A stretch of 64,000 bases of DNA. Origin: Eledone cirrhosa (taxonomy: Eukaryota). Made by a program: the position numbers and the translations under genes. How positions within the stretch are numbered: position 1 is the first letter of the stretch; every line of letters begins with the position of its first letter. Shown in pieces: positions 38,704 to 52,100 of the stretch. Where the stretch lies: NCBI GenBank assembly GCA_964016885.1, contig OZ024740.1, positions 38,564,001 through 38,628,000 on the forward strand, written 5' to 3'. Below the pieces are notes generated by a model. It did no database searches. It was not told the origin of the DNA and saw only the letters and a list, made by a program, of their open reading frames with translations.

Positions 38704-38889
38704 TCATCATCATCATCATCATCATCGTTTAACGTCCATCTTCCACACTAGTATGGGTTAGACGGCTTTGTTCCACTTGATGTGGGAATGGTCGGGAGAC
38801 CGCGTCTAGCTCGCATGGAAGCGTCTCTGGCAGGTTTTTTTACAGCTGGATGCCCTTCCTAACACCAACCACATTTACAGTGTGGACTG
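38704..38889 (-). mobile_element. SINE 3' module with (ATG)n tail, inverted relative to the copies at 31898 and 33842
   Basis: (CAT)n CGTTTAACGTCC ... TACAGCTGGATGCCCTTCCTAACACCAACC. Confidence 0.85.
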
Positions 38890-39060
38890 TTGTGTCATCG
38901 ACACAGTGGACGGATCGGGAGAGGGGGTGGGGTAGGGTGTGGCGGTGGGGTGTACATTGACAATGATAAGCGTGATAATGGTCACGATGATGATGATAAA
39001 GTTTATCCTAGTGTAAAAGATGAGAGTTTGCAGTGAAATGAGGTTTAATGATGTACTCAC

Positions 39061-39198
39061 TGTTTGTGTATGTTTTACTACAAATCCATGGTAAAGGTTG
39101 CATGATGGATATACCAGCATAGTAAAGACTCCAAGATGTAATGACACTATAATACATGGCAATAAGGATTGTTACTACTAACATTGCCCAGCTAACAC
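39061..39198 (-). CDS. SLC6 transporter exon, TM3 (GVSWAMLVVTILIAMYYSVITSWSLYYAGISIMQPLPWICSKTYTN)
   Basis: 138-bp phase 1-1 exon with TTTACAG acceptor and GTGAGT donor. Matches GxGxAMxxxxxxxxxYYNVIIAWxLYYxxxSxxxxLPWxxC. Confidence 0.95.
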
Positions 39199-39269
39199 CT
39201 GTAAATTAAACAGAAAGGTAGAACATTTATTCATATCAATAACTGTGTTAAATAATTGTTTATACTTTT

Positions 39270-39440
39270 GGCACAAGGCCAGCAATTATCCCAGTGTATT
39301 ACTGGTACTTTATTTTATCGACCCCGTAAGGATGAAAGGCAAAGTTAACCTCAGCGGGATTTGAACTCAGACCATAAAGGGCCGTAACTCTTTGCAACAA
39401 AGCATGGCGTCCGATCCCCTACCGATACTGCTAATCCACC
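39270..39440 (-). mobile_element. tRNA-derived SINE, family B
   Basis: GGCACAAGGCCAGCAAT ... CTGGTACTTTATTTTATCGACCCC ... GATGAAAGGCAAAGTTAACCTC ... GATTTGAACTCAG, as at 34400. Confidence 0.85.
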
Positions 39441-39667
39441 AAATAATACAAAACATTCTTAAGTTTCTGTGTTTAGACTTCAAATAAAATACTAAACACA
39501 TTTAAATGTTTATATTTTTACATTTCAAATAAAATACTACATACATTTACCCTATATACTCAAATATAAGCTTATATTTTTTGTATGAGAAATGTGCAAA
39601 AGTCCAGAACCCATGTATAAATTGAGGCAGGTAAACAACCCATTATGTTTAGATGGCACAGTTTTGG

Positions 39668-39844
39668 AATTCTTATGAGTGGAGAATATATTTATAAAAT
39701 TTTTATAATTTTTATAGTTTTTGTTTCAGAACATCATTACATAATGATATTCTGAAACAAAAACTATACTCTAAATGAAACTTAAAACATTTTAAATATT
39801 AAAATATAAAAATTTTATAAATATATTCTCCACTCATAAGAATT
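39668..39844. repeat. Nested inverted repeat: 40-bp perfect outer arms around a 27-bp inner hairpin
   Basis: 39668-39707 is the exact reverse complement of 39805-39844. 39713-39768 is a 27-bp stem with one mismatch and a 2-nt loop. Confidence 0.95.
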
Positions 39845-39852
39845 TTACCAAT

Positions 39853-40482
39853 TTCCAGATGTAGGAGCAGTAATTTATGTATAGCAACACCATTCCAGAT
39901 GTAGGAGCAGTAATTTATGTATAGCAACACCATTCCAGATGTAGGAGCAGTAATTTATGTATAGCAACACCATTCCAGATGTAGGAGCAGTAATTTATGT
40001 ATAGCAACACCATTCCAGATGTAGGAGCAGTAATTTATGTATAGCAACACCATTCCAGATGTAGGAGCAGTAATTTATGTATAGCAACACCATTCCAGAT
40101 GTAGGAGCAGTAATTTATGTATAGCAACACCATTCCAGATGTAGGAGCAGTAATTTATGTATAGCAACACCATTCCAGATGTAGGAGCAGTATTTTATGT
40201 ATAGCAACACCATTCCAGATGTAGGAGCAGTATTGTATGTATCAGAACAGCAGCACTCCAGATGTGGGAGCAATACTATATGTATCTCAGTGCCATTTCA
40301 GATGTAGGAGCAGTATTATATGTAAACAACAGCAGCACTCCAGATGTGGGGGCAGTATAATATGTATAGTAACACCATTCCAGATGTAGGAGCAGTATTG
40401 TATGTATAACAACAGCAGCACTCCAGATGTGGGAGTAGTATTGTATGTATCTCAGTGCCATTCTAGATGTAGGTGCAGTATT
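39853..40482. repeat. 40-bp minisatellite (CATTCCAGATGTAGGAGCAGTAATTTATGTATAGCAACAC), ~9 near-perfect then ~6 diverged units
   Basis: Direct periodicity with decay toward the right. Confidence 0.97.
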
Positions 40483-41208
40483 CTACTGTAAAGGGTCACC
40501 AATTGACTAGAACTGAAGTATTTTCTTGTTGTAAAAAGAAAGTCTAGTCTTTGAGCTAAAGTTTTAGCTGTGTTACTGTTTGTGAAGTTGCAAGGAAAAA
40601 TCATCAGAAATTATGAATATTTCAAGTGACTGAACGCTGTAATTGTGTGTTTCTAACTGTAGAGAGCTCTAGAAAATGTATTGTTTCCTTGACATATACA
40701 GTGATTGTATTTAGAAGAATTTTGAGTGAAACTAAAAGGTGGCTTTCATGTGGTGTCGCATGTGAGGTGATGGTTGGGTACAAGAAGTGGGGGGAAGTGT
40801 GAAGAGAGGTAACATCTACATAGGAGTGAGTGTTGTTGGGCGTGACATCAGGTACTCTCAGGTCTTGAATAACCCCCCCCCCCCACACACTTATTAATTT
40901 TTTGTATCCTTCCCTCCCTCCTTTTATTACAAACACTCCTTATCCCCGCTTATTAAATTTTTCTAATCTATTTCCGGTGAAATGTCTTTGTTAGTGAATC
41001 ATATTGATACAGCAACTAGAGAATCTAATAATTTTATTTTTCATTAAAAAAACATTATATATGACAAGAAAAGAACATTACAAGAAATTCCATATTTACG
41101 AACGTACACTATACAATTACCGACCCCCACACATAAGAATTTAAGCAAATGTCCATCACCCCTCCCCACACACACACACACACCACCACCTATTATTTGG
41201 GACCCGGG

Positions 41209-41417
41209 AGTAGATGGAGTGAATGTTGGAGTGTTGTTACAGGTGACAGTGAGTGTAGGAGTGTTGTTACAGGTGACATCAAGTAGATGGAGTGAGTGTA
41301 GGAGTGTTGTTACAGGTGACATCAAGTAGATGGAGTGAGTGTAGGAGTGTTGTTACAGGTGACATCAAGTAGATGGATTGAGCATAGGAGTGTCATTAGG
41401 GGTGACATTAAGTAGAT
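41209..41417. repeat. 43-bp minisatellite, ~4-5 copies (AGTAGATGGAGTGAGTGTAGGAGTGTTGTTACAGGTGACATCA)
   Basis: Direct repeats, with a diverged unit near 40810-40850. Confidence 0.9.
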
Positions 41418-42740
41418 TATTAATATATAGAAGGAAGTCTGTTGGAAACTTCAGCAAACCTTGAGATAAACCAAAATTGATAAGAGTGTTGGTTGTCTTA
41501 ATCTGACAAACTACTCTGGTGGCATTTGACAGGAAACTTCCAATCCAAGAGATGAAGATTGTTTGAAGCTGATTGGCAGCTAGCTTAGCTACTATGTTCT
41601 CAAATATTTTAACTTTGATGCAGAACTTCTGAAAGCAAATATTTTAACTAAATAAAAAATCATATTTACAGAAACTTAATCTCGGAATATCAGCTCATCT
41701 TTATTTTATTTATTGAATGTTATGGGTAAAAGATGAAAAGTGACCCAAGTAAGATTAATATATATATATATATATTATAGATAGAAACTTACCTCACCTC
41801 TCAGGGAATTATGAGAATACAATGGTAAAATGTAAACAGAAGGGAAATCAACAGGGACAAAGAGAAATGTTGAGATAAAAGGTGTTAAAAGTAAAATTTA
41901 GTTAGCTAATATTTACTTTATTTAACAGTAAATAACGGTTAAATAAAGTAAATTGATGAAAGAATATAATGGGATGAATGTCAATAGTAAAACTATTCAT
42001 ATCAATATTAGACATAGCACTTCTTGTGCTTAAGGGATGATAATAGTAGAACTACTGAACATACCATATACACCATCACTTGTCATTAATAAGGGTTAAA
42101 AGTAGAACTACAGGCAATACTATAATATTTACACCATCTCATGTCATTAATAAGGGTTAACAGTAGAACTACTGGCAATACTATAACGTATTCACCATCT
42201 CTTGTCATTAATAAGGGTTAACAGTAGAACTACTGGCAATAATATAACATATATACCATCTCTTGTCATTAAGAAGGGTTCACATTAGAACTACTGGAAA
42301 TGCTATAACATATACACCATCTCTTGTCATTAAGAAGGGTTAACAGTAGAACTACTGGCAATACTGTAACATATACACCATCTCTTGTTGTTAACAAGGG
42401 TTAACAGTAGAACTACTGGCAATACTATAAAATATACACCATCTCTTGTCATTAACAAGGGTTAACAGTAGAACTACTGGCAATACTATAACATATATAC
42501 CATCTCTTGTAATTAATAAGGGTTAACAGTAGAACTACTGGCAATACTATAACATATATACCATCTCTTGTCATTAAGAAGGGTTAACAGTATAACTACT
42601 GGAAATACTATAACATATACACCATCTCTTGTCATTAAGAATGGTTAACAGTAGAACTATTTGCAATAATATGACATATACACCATCTCTTTTCATTAAC
42701 AAGGGTTAACAGTAGAACTACTGGCAATACTATAAGATAT

Positions 42741-43140
42741 GGATTCATTGAAGCTCCGACGCCTGGCAACTGACTTGGTAAACACCCACAAAATTGTTAA
42801 CCATGTTGCCAACAACAACCCTGAGTGCCTTTTCGATTTCCATGTGTCTAACACACGTGGACATGCCCACAAAGTAAGAAAACAGCACAGTTCCCATGAC
42901 TTTCGGAAACATTTTTTCACGCTCAGAGTTGCTGAAGCATGGAACAAACTACCTGCATCAGTTGTTAGCTGTCGAGACATTGCATCCTTTAAGGCCTCCA
43001 TGCTTCCCGAGATCCGCCAACACTACAGCTAACACATACAAACATGTACTTCCCTGGCATTTGTGTATTATTCTATGTACTATATTGACGAGTTGTAGTG
43101 CACCTGAGCACTTTACACAATAATTTCATTATTATTTTAT
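42741..43140 (+). mobile_element. 5'-truncated CR1/L2-group LINE (ORF2 C-terminus and 3' UTR) inserted in the 61-bp satellite
   Basis: Peptide SLKLRRLATDL...TRGHAHKV...RKHFFTLRVAEAWNKLPASVV...SFK matches the CR1-type C-terminal motifs LxxRRxxxDL, TRGH and FFxxRVxxxWNxLP. 3' stem-loop GTGC-ACCTGA-GCAC and an (ATT)n tail. The satellite register resumes on both sides. Confidence 0.92.
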
Positions 43141-46100
43141 ATACACCATCTCTTGTCATTAACAAGAGTTAACAGTAGAACTACTGTCAATACTATAACA
43201 TATACACCATCTCTTGTCATTAAGAAGGGTTAACAGTAGAACTACTGGCAATACTATAACATATACACCATCCCTTGTCATTAAGAAGTGTTAACCGTAG
43301 AACTACTGGCAATACTATAACATATACACCATCTCTTGTCATTAAGAAGGGTTAACAGTAGAACTACTGGCAATACTATAACATATACACCATCCTTTGT
43401 CATTAAGAAGGGTTAACAGTAGAACTACTGGCAATACTATAACATATACACCATCTCTTGTCATTAAGAAAGGTTAACAGTAGAACTACTAGCAATACTA
43501 TAACATATACACCATCTCTTGTCATTAAGAAGGGTTAACAGTAGATCTACTGGCAATACTATAACATATACACCATCTCTTGCCATTAATAAGGGTTAAC
43601 AGTAGAACTACTAGCAATAATATAACATATATACCATCTCTTGTCATTAAGAAGGGTTAACAGTATAACTACTGGAAATACTATAACATATACACCATCT
43701 CTTGTCATTAAGAATGCTTAACAGTAGAACTACTTGCAATACTATAACATATACACCATCTCTTTTCATTAACAAGGGTTAACGGTAGAACTACTGGCAA
43801 TAATATAAGATATACACCATCTCTTGTCATTAACAAGAGTTAACAGTAGAACTACTGTCAATACTATAACATATATACCATCTCTTGTCATTAAGAATGG
43901 TTAACAGTAGAACTACTTGCAATACTATGACATATACACCATCTCTTGTCATTAACAAGAGTTAACAGTAGAACTACTGTCAATACTATAACATATACAC
44001 CATCTTTTGTCATTAAGAAGGGTTAACAGTAGAACTACTGGCAATACTATAACATATCCACCATCCCTTGTCATTAAGCAGTGTTAACCGTAGAACTACT
44101 GGGTAATACTATAACATATACACCATCTCTTGTCATTAAGAAGGGTTAACAGTAGAACTACTGGCAATACTATAACATATACACCATCTTTTGTCATTAA
44201 GAAGGGTTAACAGTAGAACTACTAGCAATACTATAACATATACACCATCTCTTGTCAATAATAAGAGTTAACAGTAGAACTACAGGCAATACTGTAACAT
44301 ATACACCATCTCTTGTCATTAAGAAGGATTAACAGTAGAACTACTGGCAATACTATAAGATATACACCATCTCTTGTCATTAACAAGGGTTAACAGTAGA
44401 ACTACTGGCAATACTATAACATATATACCATCTCTTGTAATTAACAAGGGTTAACAGTAGAACTACTGGCAATACTATAACATATATACCATCTCTTGTC
44501 ATTAAGAAGGGTTAACAGTATAACTACTGGAAATACTATAACATATACACCATCTCTTGTCATTAAGAAGTGTTAACCGTAGAACTACTGGCAATACTAT
44601 AACATATACACCATCTCTTGTCATTAAGAAGGGTTAACAGTAGAACTACTGGCAATACTATAACATATACACCATCCTTTGTCATTAAGAAGGGTTAACA
44701 GTAGAACTACTGGCAATACTATAACATATACACCATCTCTTGTCATTAAGAAAGGTTAACAGTAGAACTACTAGCAATACTATAACATATACACCATCTC
44801 TTGTCATTAAGAAGGGTTAACAGTAGATCTACTGGCAATACTATAACATATACACCATCTCTTGCCATTAATAAGGGTTAACAGTAGAACTACTAGCAAT
44901 AATATAACATATATACCATCTCTTGTCATTAAGAAGGGTTAACAGTATAACTACTGGAAATACTATAACATATACACCATCTCTTGTCATTAACAAGGGT
45001 TAACGGTAGAACTACTGGCAATAATATAAGATATACACCATCTCTTGTCATTAACAAGAGTTAACAGTAGAACTACTGTCAATACTATAACATATATACC
45101 ATCTCTTGTCATTAAGAATGGTTAACAGTAGAACTACTTGCAATACTATGACATATACACCATCTCTTGTCATTAACAAGAGTTAACAGTAGAACTACTG
45201 TCAATACTATAACATATACACCATCTTTTGTCATTAAGAAGGGTTAACAGTAGAACTACTGGCAATACTATAACATATCCACCATCCCTTGTCATTAAGC
45301 AGTGTTAACCGTAGAACTACTGGGTAATACTATAACATATACACCATCTCTTGTCATTAAGAAGGGTTAACAGTAGAACTACTGGCAATACTATAACATA
45401 TACACCATCTTTTGTCATTAAGAAGGGTTAACAGTAGAACTACTAGCAATACTATAACATATACACCATCTCTTGTCAATAATAAGAGTTAACAGTAGAA
45501 CTACAGGCAATACTGTAACATATACACCATCTCTTGTCATTAAGAAGGATTAACAGTAGAACTACTGGCAATACTATAAGATATACACCATCTCTTGTCA
45601 TTAACAAGGGTTAACAGTAGAACTACTGGCAATACTATAACATATATACCATCTCTTGTAATTAACAAGGGTTAACAGTAGAACTACTGGCAATACTATA
45701 ACATATATACCATCTCTTGTCATTAAGAAGGGTTAACAGTATAACTACTGGAAATACTATAACATATACACCATCTCTTGTCATTAAGAATGGTTAACAG
45801 TAGAACTATTTGCAATAATATGACATATACACCATCTCTTTTCATTAACAAGTGTTAACAGTAGAACTACTGGCAATACTATAAGATATACACCATCTCT
45901 TGTCATTAACAAGAGTTAACAGTAGAACTACTGTCAATACTATAACATATACACCATCTCTTGTCATTAAGAAGGGTTAACAGTAGAACTACTGGCAATA
46001 CTATAACATATACACCATCACTTGTCATTAAGAAGTGTTAACCGTAGAACTACTGGCAATACTATAACAGATACACCATCTCTTGTCATTAAGAAGGGTT

Positions 46101-49100
46101 AAAAGTAGAACTACTGGCAATACTATAACATATACACCATCCTTTGTCATTAAGGAGGGTTAACAGTAGAACTACTGGCAATACTATAACATATACACCA
46201 TCTCTTGTCATTAAGAAAGGTTAACAGTAGAACTACTAGCAATACTATAACATATACACCATCTCTTGTCATTAAGAAGGGTTAACAGTAGATCTATTGG
46301 CAATACTATAACATATACACCATCTCTTGTCATTAATAAGGGTTAACAGTAGAACTACTAGCAATAATATAACATATATACCATCTCTTGTCATTAAGAA
46401 GGGTTAACAGTAGAACTACTGGCAATACTATAACATATACACCATCTCTTGTCATTAATAAGGGTTAACAGTAGAACTACTGGCAATACTATAACATATA
46501 TACCATCGCTTGTCATTAACAAGAGTTAACAGTAGAACTACTGGCTGTACTATAACATATATACCATCTCTTGTCATTAACAAGTGTTAACAGTAGAACT
46601 ACTGGCAATACTATAACATATACACCATCTCTTGTCATTAAGAAGGATTAACAGTAGAACTATTGGCAATACTATAACATATACACCATCTCTTGTCATT
46701 AACAAGGGTTAACAGTAGAACTGCTGGCAATACTATAACATATAAACCATCTCTTGTCATTAAGAAGAGTTAACGGTAGAACGACTGGCAATACATATAT
46801 ACCATCTCTTGTCATTAACAAGGGTTAACAGTAGAACTATTCGCAATACTATAACATATACACCATCTCTTGTCATTAAGAAGGGTTAACAGTAGAAATA
46901 CTGGCAATACTATAACATATACACTATCTCTTGTCATTAAGAAGGGTTAACAGTAGAACTACTGGCAATACTATAACATATACACCATCTAGAACTATTG
47001 GCAATACTATAAAATATACACCATCTCTTGTCATTAAGAAGGGTTAACAGTAGAACTACTGGCAATACTATAACATATATACCATCTCTTGTCAGTAACA
47101 AGGGTTAACAGTAGAACTACTGGCAATACTATAACATATACACCATCTCTTGTCATTAAGAAGGGTTAACAGTAGAACTACAGGCAATACTATCACATAT
47201 ACACTATCTCTTGTCATTAACAAGGGTTAACAGTGGAACTATTCGCAATATTATAACATATACACCATCTCTTGTCATTAAGAAGGGTTAACAGTAGAAC
47301 TACTGGCAATACTATAACTTATACACCATATCTTGTCATTAAGAAGGGTTAACAGTAGAACTATTCGCAATACTATAACATATACACCATCTCTTGTCAT
47401 TAACAAGGGTTAACAGTAGAACTACTGGCAATACTATAAAATATACACCATCTCTTGTCATTAACAAGCATTAACAGTAGAACTACTGGCAATACTATAA
47501 CATAAATACCATCTCTTGTAATTAACAAGGGTTAACAGTAGAACTACTGGCAATACTATAACATATATACCATCTCTTGTCATTAAGAAGGGTTAACAGT
47601 ATAACTACTGGAAATACTATAACATATACACCATCTCTTGTCATTAAGAATGCTTAACAGTAGAACTACTTGCAATACTATAACATATACACCATCTCTT
47701 TTCATTAACAAGGGTTAACGGTAGAACTACTGGCAATAATATAAGATATACACCATCTCTTGTCATTAACAAGAGATAACAGTAGAACTACTGTCAATAC
47801 TATAACATATATACCATCTCTTGTCATTAAGAATGGTTAACAGTAGAACTACTTGCAATACTATGACATATACACCATCTCTTGTCATTAACAAGAGTTA
47901 ACAGTAGAACTACTGTCAATACTATAACATATACACCATCTTTTGTCATTAAGAAGGGTTAACAGTAGAACTACTGGCAATACTATAACATATCCACCAT
48001 CCCTTGTCATTAAGCAGTGTTAACCGTAGAACTACTGGGTAATACTATAACATATACACCATCTCTTGTCATTAAGAAGGGTTAACAGTAGAACTACTGG
48101 CAATACTATAACATATACACCATCTTTTGTCATTAAGAAGGGTTAACAGTAGAACTACTGGCAATACTATAACATATACACCATCTCTTGTCATTAAGAA
48201 CGGTTAACAGTAGAACTACTAGCAATACTATAACATATACACCATCTCTTGTCAATAATAAGAGTTAACAGTAGAACTACAGGCAATACTGTAACATATA
48301 CACCATCTCTTGTCATTAAGAAGGATTAACAGTAGAACTACTGGCAATACTATAAAATATACACCATCTCTTGTCATTAACAAGGGTTAACAGTAGAACT
48401 ACTGGCAATACTATAACATATATACCATCTCTTGTAATTAACAAGGGTTAACAGTAGAACTACTGGCAATACTATAACATATATACCATCTCTTGTCATT
48501 AAGAAGGGTTAACAGTATAACTACTGGAAATACTATAACATATACACCATCTCTTGTCATTAAGAATGGTTAACAGTAGAACTATTTGCAATAATATGAC
48601 ATATACACCATCTCTTTTCATTAACAAGTGTTAACAGTAGAACTACTGGCAATACTATAAGATATACACCATCTCTTGTCATTAACAAGAGTTAACAGTA
48701 GAACTACTGTCAATACTATAACATATACACCATCTCTTGTCATTAAGAAGGGTTAACAGTAGAACTACTGGCAATACTATAACATATACACCATCCCTTG
48801 TCATTAAGAAGTGTTAACCGTAGAACTACTGGCAATACTATAACAGATACACCATCTCTTGTCATTAAGAAGGGTTAAAAGTAGAACTACTGGCAATACT
48901 ATAACATATACACCATCCTTTGTCATTAAGGAGGGTTAACAGTAGAACTACTGGCAATACTATAACATATACACCATCTCTTGTCATTAAGAAAGGTTAA
49001 CAGTAGAACTACTAGCAATACTATAACATATACACCATCTCTTGTCATTAAGAAGGGTTAACAGTAGATCTATTGGCAATACTATAACATATACACCATC

Positions 49101-52100
49101 TCTTGTCATTAATAAGGGTTAACAGTAGAACTACTAGCAATACTATAACATATACACCATCTCTTGTCATTAAGAAGGGTTAACAGTAGATCTATTGGCA
49201 ATACTATAACATATACACCATCTCTTGTCATTAATAAGGGTTAACAGTAGAACTACTAGCAATAATATAACATATATACCATCTCTTGTCATTAAGAAAG
49301 GTTAACAGTAGAACTACTAGCAATACTATAACATATACACCATCTCTTGTCATTAAGAAGGGTTAACAGTAGATCTACTGGCAATACTATAACATATACA
49401 CCATCTCTTGCCATTAATAAGGGTTAACAGTAGAACTACTAGCAATAATATAACATATATACCATCTCTTGTCATTAAGAAGGGTTAACAGTATAACTAC
49501 TGGAAATACTATAACATATACACCATCTCTTGTCATTAAGAATGCTTAACAGTAGAACTACTTGCAATACTATAACATATACACCATCTCTTTTCATTAA
49601 CAAGGGTTAACGGTAGAACTACTGGCAATAATATAAGATATACACCATCTCTTGTCATTAACAAGAGTTAACAGTAGAACTACTGTCAATACTATAACAT
49701 ATATACCATCTCTTGTCATTAAGAATGGTTAACAGTAGAACTACTTGCAATACTATGACATATACACCATCTCTTGTCATTAACAAGAGTTAACAGTAGA
49801 ACTACTGTCAATACTATAACATATACACCATCTTTTGTCATTAAGAAGGGTTAACAGTAGAACTACTGGCAATACTATAACATATCCACCATCCCTTGTC
49901 ATTAAGCAGTGTTAACCGTAGAACTACTGGGTAATACTATAACATATACACCATCTCTTGTCATTAAGAAGGGTTAACAGTAGAACTACTGGCAATACTA
50001 TAACATATACACCATCTTTTGTCATTAAGAAGGGTTAACAGTAGAACTACTAGCAATACTATAACATATACACCATCTCTTGTCAATAATAAGAGTTAAC
50101 AGTAGAACTACAGGCAATACTGTAACATATACACCATCTCTTGTCATTAAGAAGGATTAACAGTAGAACTACTGGCAATACTATAAGATATACACCATCT
50201 CTTGTCATTAACAAGGGTTAACAGTAGAACTACTGGCAATACTATAACATATATACCATCTCTTGTAATTAACAAGGGTTAACAGTAGAACTACTGGCAA
50301 TACTATAACATATATACCATCTCTTGTCATTAAGAAGGGTTAACAGTATAACTACTGGAAATACTATAACATATACACCATCTCTTGTCATTAAGTATGG
50401 TTAACAGTAGAACTATTTGCAATAATATGACATATACACCATCTCTTTTCATTAACAAGTGTTAACAGTAGAACTACTGGCAATACTATAAGATATACAC
50501 CATCTCTTGTCATTAACAAGAGTTAACAGTAGAACTACTGTCAATACTATAACATATACACCATCTCTTGTCATTAAGAAGGGTTAACAGTAGAACTACT
50601 GGCAATACTATAACATATACACCATCCCTTGTCATTAAGAAGTGTTAACCGTAGAACTACTGGCAATACTATAACAGATACACCATCTCTTGTCATTAAG
50701 AAGGGTTAAAAGTAGAACTACTGGCAATACTATAACATATACACCATCCTTTGTCATTAAGGAGGGTTAACAGTAGAACTACTGGCAATACTATAACATA
50801 TACACCATCTCTTGTCATTAAGAAAGGTTAACAGTAGAACTACTAGCAATACTATAACATATACACCATCTCTTGTCATTAAGAAGGGTTAACAGTAGAT
50901 CTATTGGCAATACTATAACATATACACCATCTCTTGTCATTAATAAGGGTTAACAGTAGAACTACTAGCAATAATATAACATATATACCATCTCTTGTCA
51001 TTAAGAAGGGTTAACAGTAGAACTACTGGCAATACTATAACATATATACCATCGCTTGTCATTAACAAGAGTTAACAGTAGAACTACTGGCTGTACTATA
51101 ACATATATACCATCTCTTGTCATTAACAAGTGTTAACAGTAGAACTACTGGCAATACTATAACATATACACCATCTCTTGTCATTAAGAAGGATTAACAG
51201 TAGAACTATTGGCAATACTATAACATATACACCATCTCTTGTCATTAACAAGGGTTAACAGTAGAACTGCTGGCAATACTATAACATATAAACCATCTCT
51301 TGTCATTAAGAAGGGTTAACGGTAGAACGACTGGCAATACATATATACCATCTCTTGTCATTAACAAGGGTTAACAGTAGAACTATTCGCAATACTATAA
51401 CATATACACCATCTCTTGTCATTAAGAAGGGTTAACAGTAGAAATACTGGCAATACTATAACATATACACTATCTCTTGTCATTAAGAAGGGTTAACAGT
51501 AGAACTACTGGCAATACTATAACATATACACCATCTAGAACTATTGGCAATACTATAAAATATACACCATCTCTTGTCATTAAGAAGGGTTAACAGTAGA
51601 ACTACTGGCAATACTATAACATATATACCATCTCTTGTCAGTAACAAGGGTTAACAGTAGAACTACTGGCAATACTATAACATATACACCATCTCTTGTC
51701 ATTAAGAAGGGTTAACAGTAGAACTACAGGCAATACTATCACATATACACTATCTCTTGTCATTAACAAGGGTTAACAGTGGAACTATTCGCAATATTAT
51801 AACATATACACCATCTCTTGTAATTAAGAAGGGTTAACAGTAGAACTACTGGCAATACTATAACTTATACACCATATCTTGTCATTAAGAAGGGTTAACA
51901 GTAGAACTATTCGCAATACTATAACATATACACCATCTCTTGTCATTAACAAGGGTTAACAGTAGAACTACTGGCAATACTATAAAATATACACCATCTC
52001 TTGTCATTAACAAGGATTAACAGTAGAACTACTGGCAATACTATAACATAAATACCATCTCTTGTAATTAACAAGGGTTAACAGTAGAACTACTGGCAAT

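Noticed and set aside
38421-38725. Met/Ile-rich ORFs and an (ATG)n/(CAT)n foldback
   Set aside because: This is a microsatellite abutting a SINE tail, which is common and uninformative.
41788-41880. Tandem donor-like sites (GTGAG/GTAAG) as the upstream SLC6 exon
   Set aside because: The phase-compatible reading (…VYILPLYSHNSLRG) does not resemble SLC6 TM2/IL1 and no clear acceptor was found. A non-coding alternative exon cannot be excluded.
42059-42080. Common origin of the 41-bp and 61-bp satellites (shared TACTATA..CATA..CCATC)
   Set aside because: The similarity is limited to short A/C/T-rich words and cannot be separated from compositional chance by eye.
42696-43123. ORFs 42696-43001 (-) and 42896-43123 (+) as genes
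   Set aside because: They are antisense and alternate-frame shadows of the LINE fragment.
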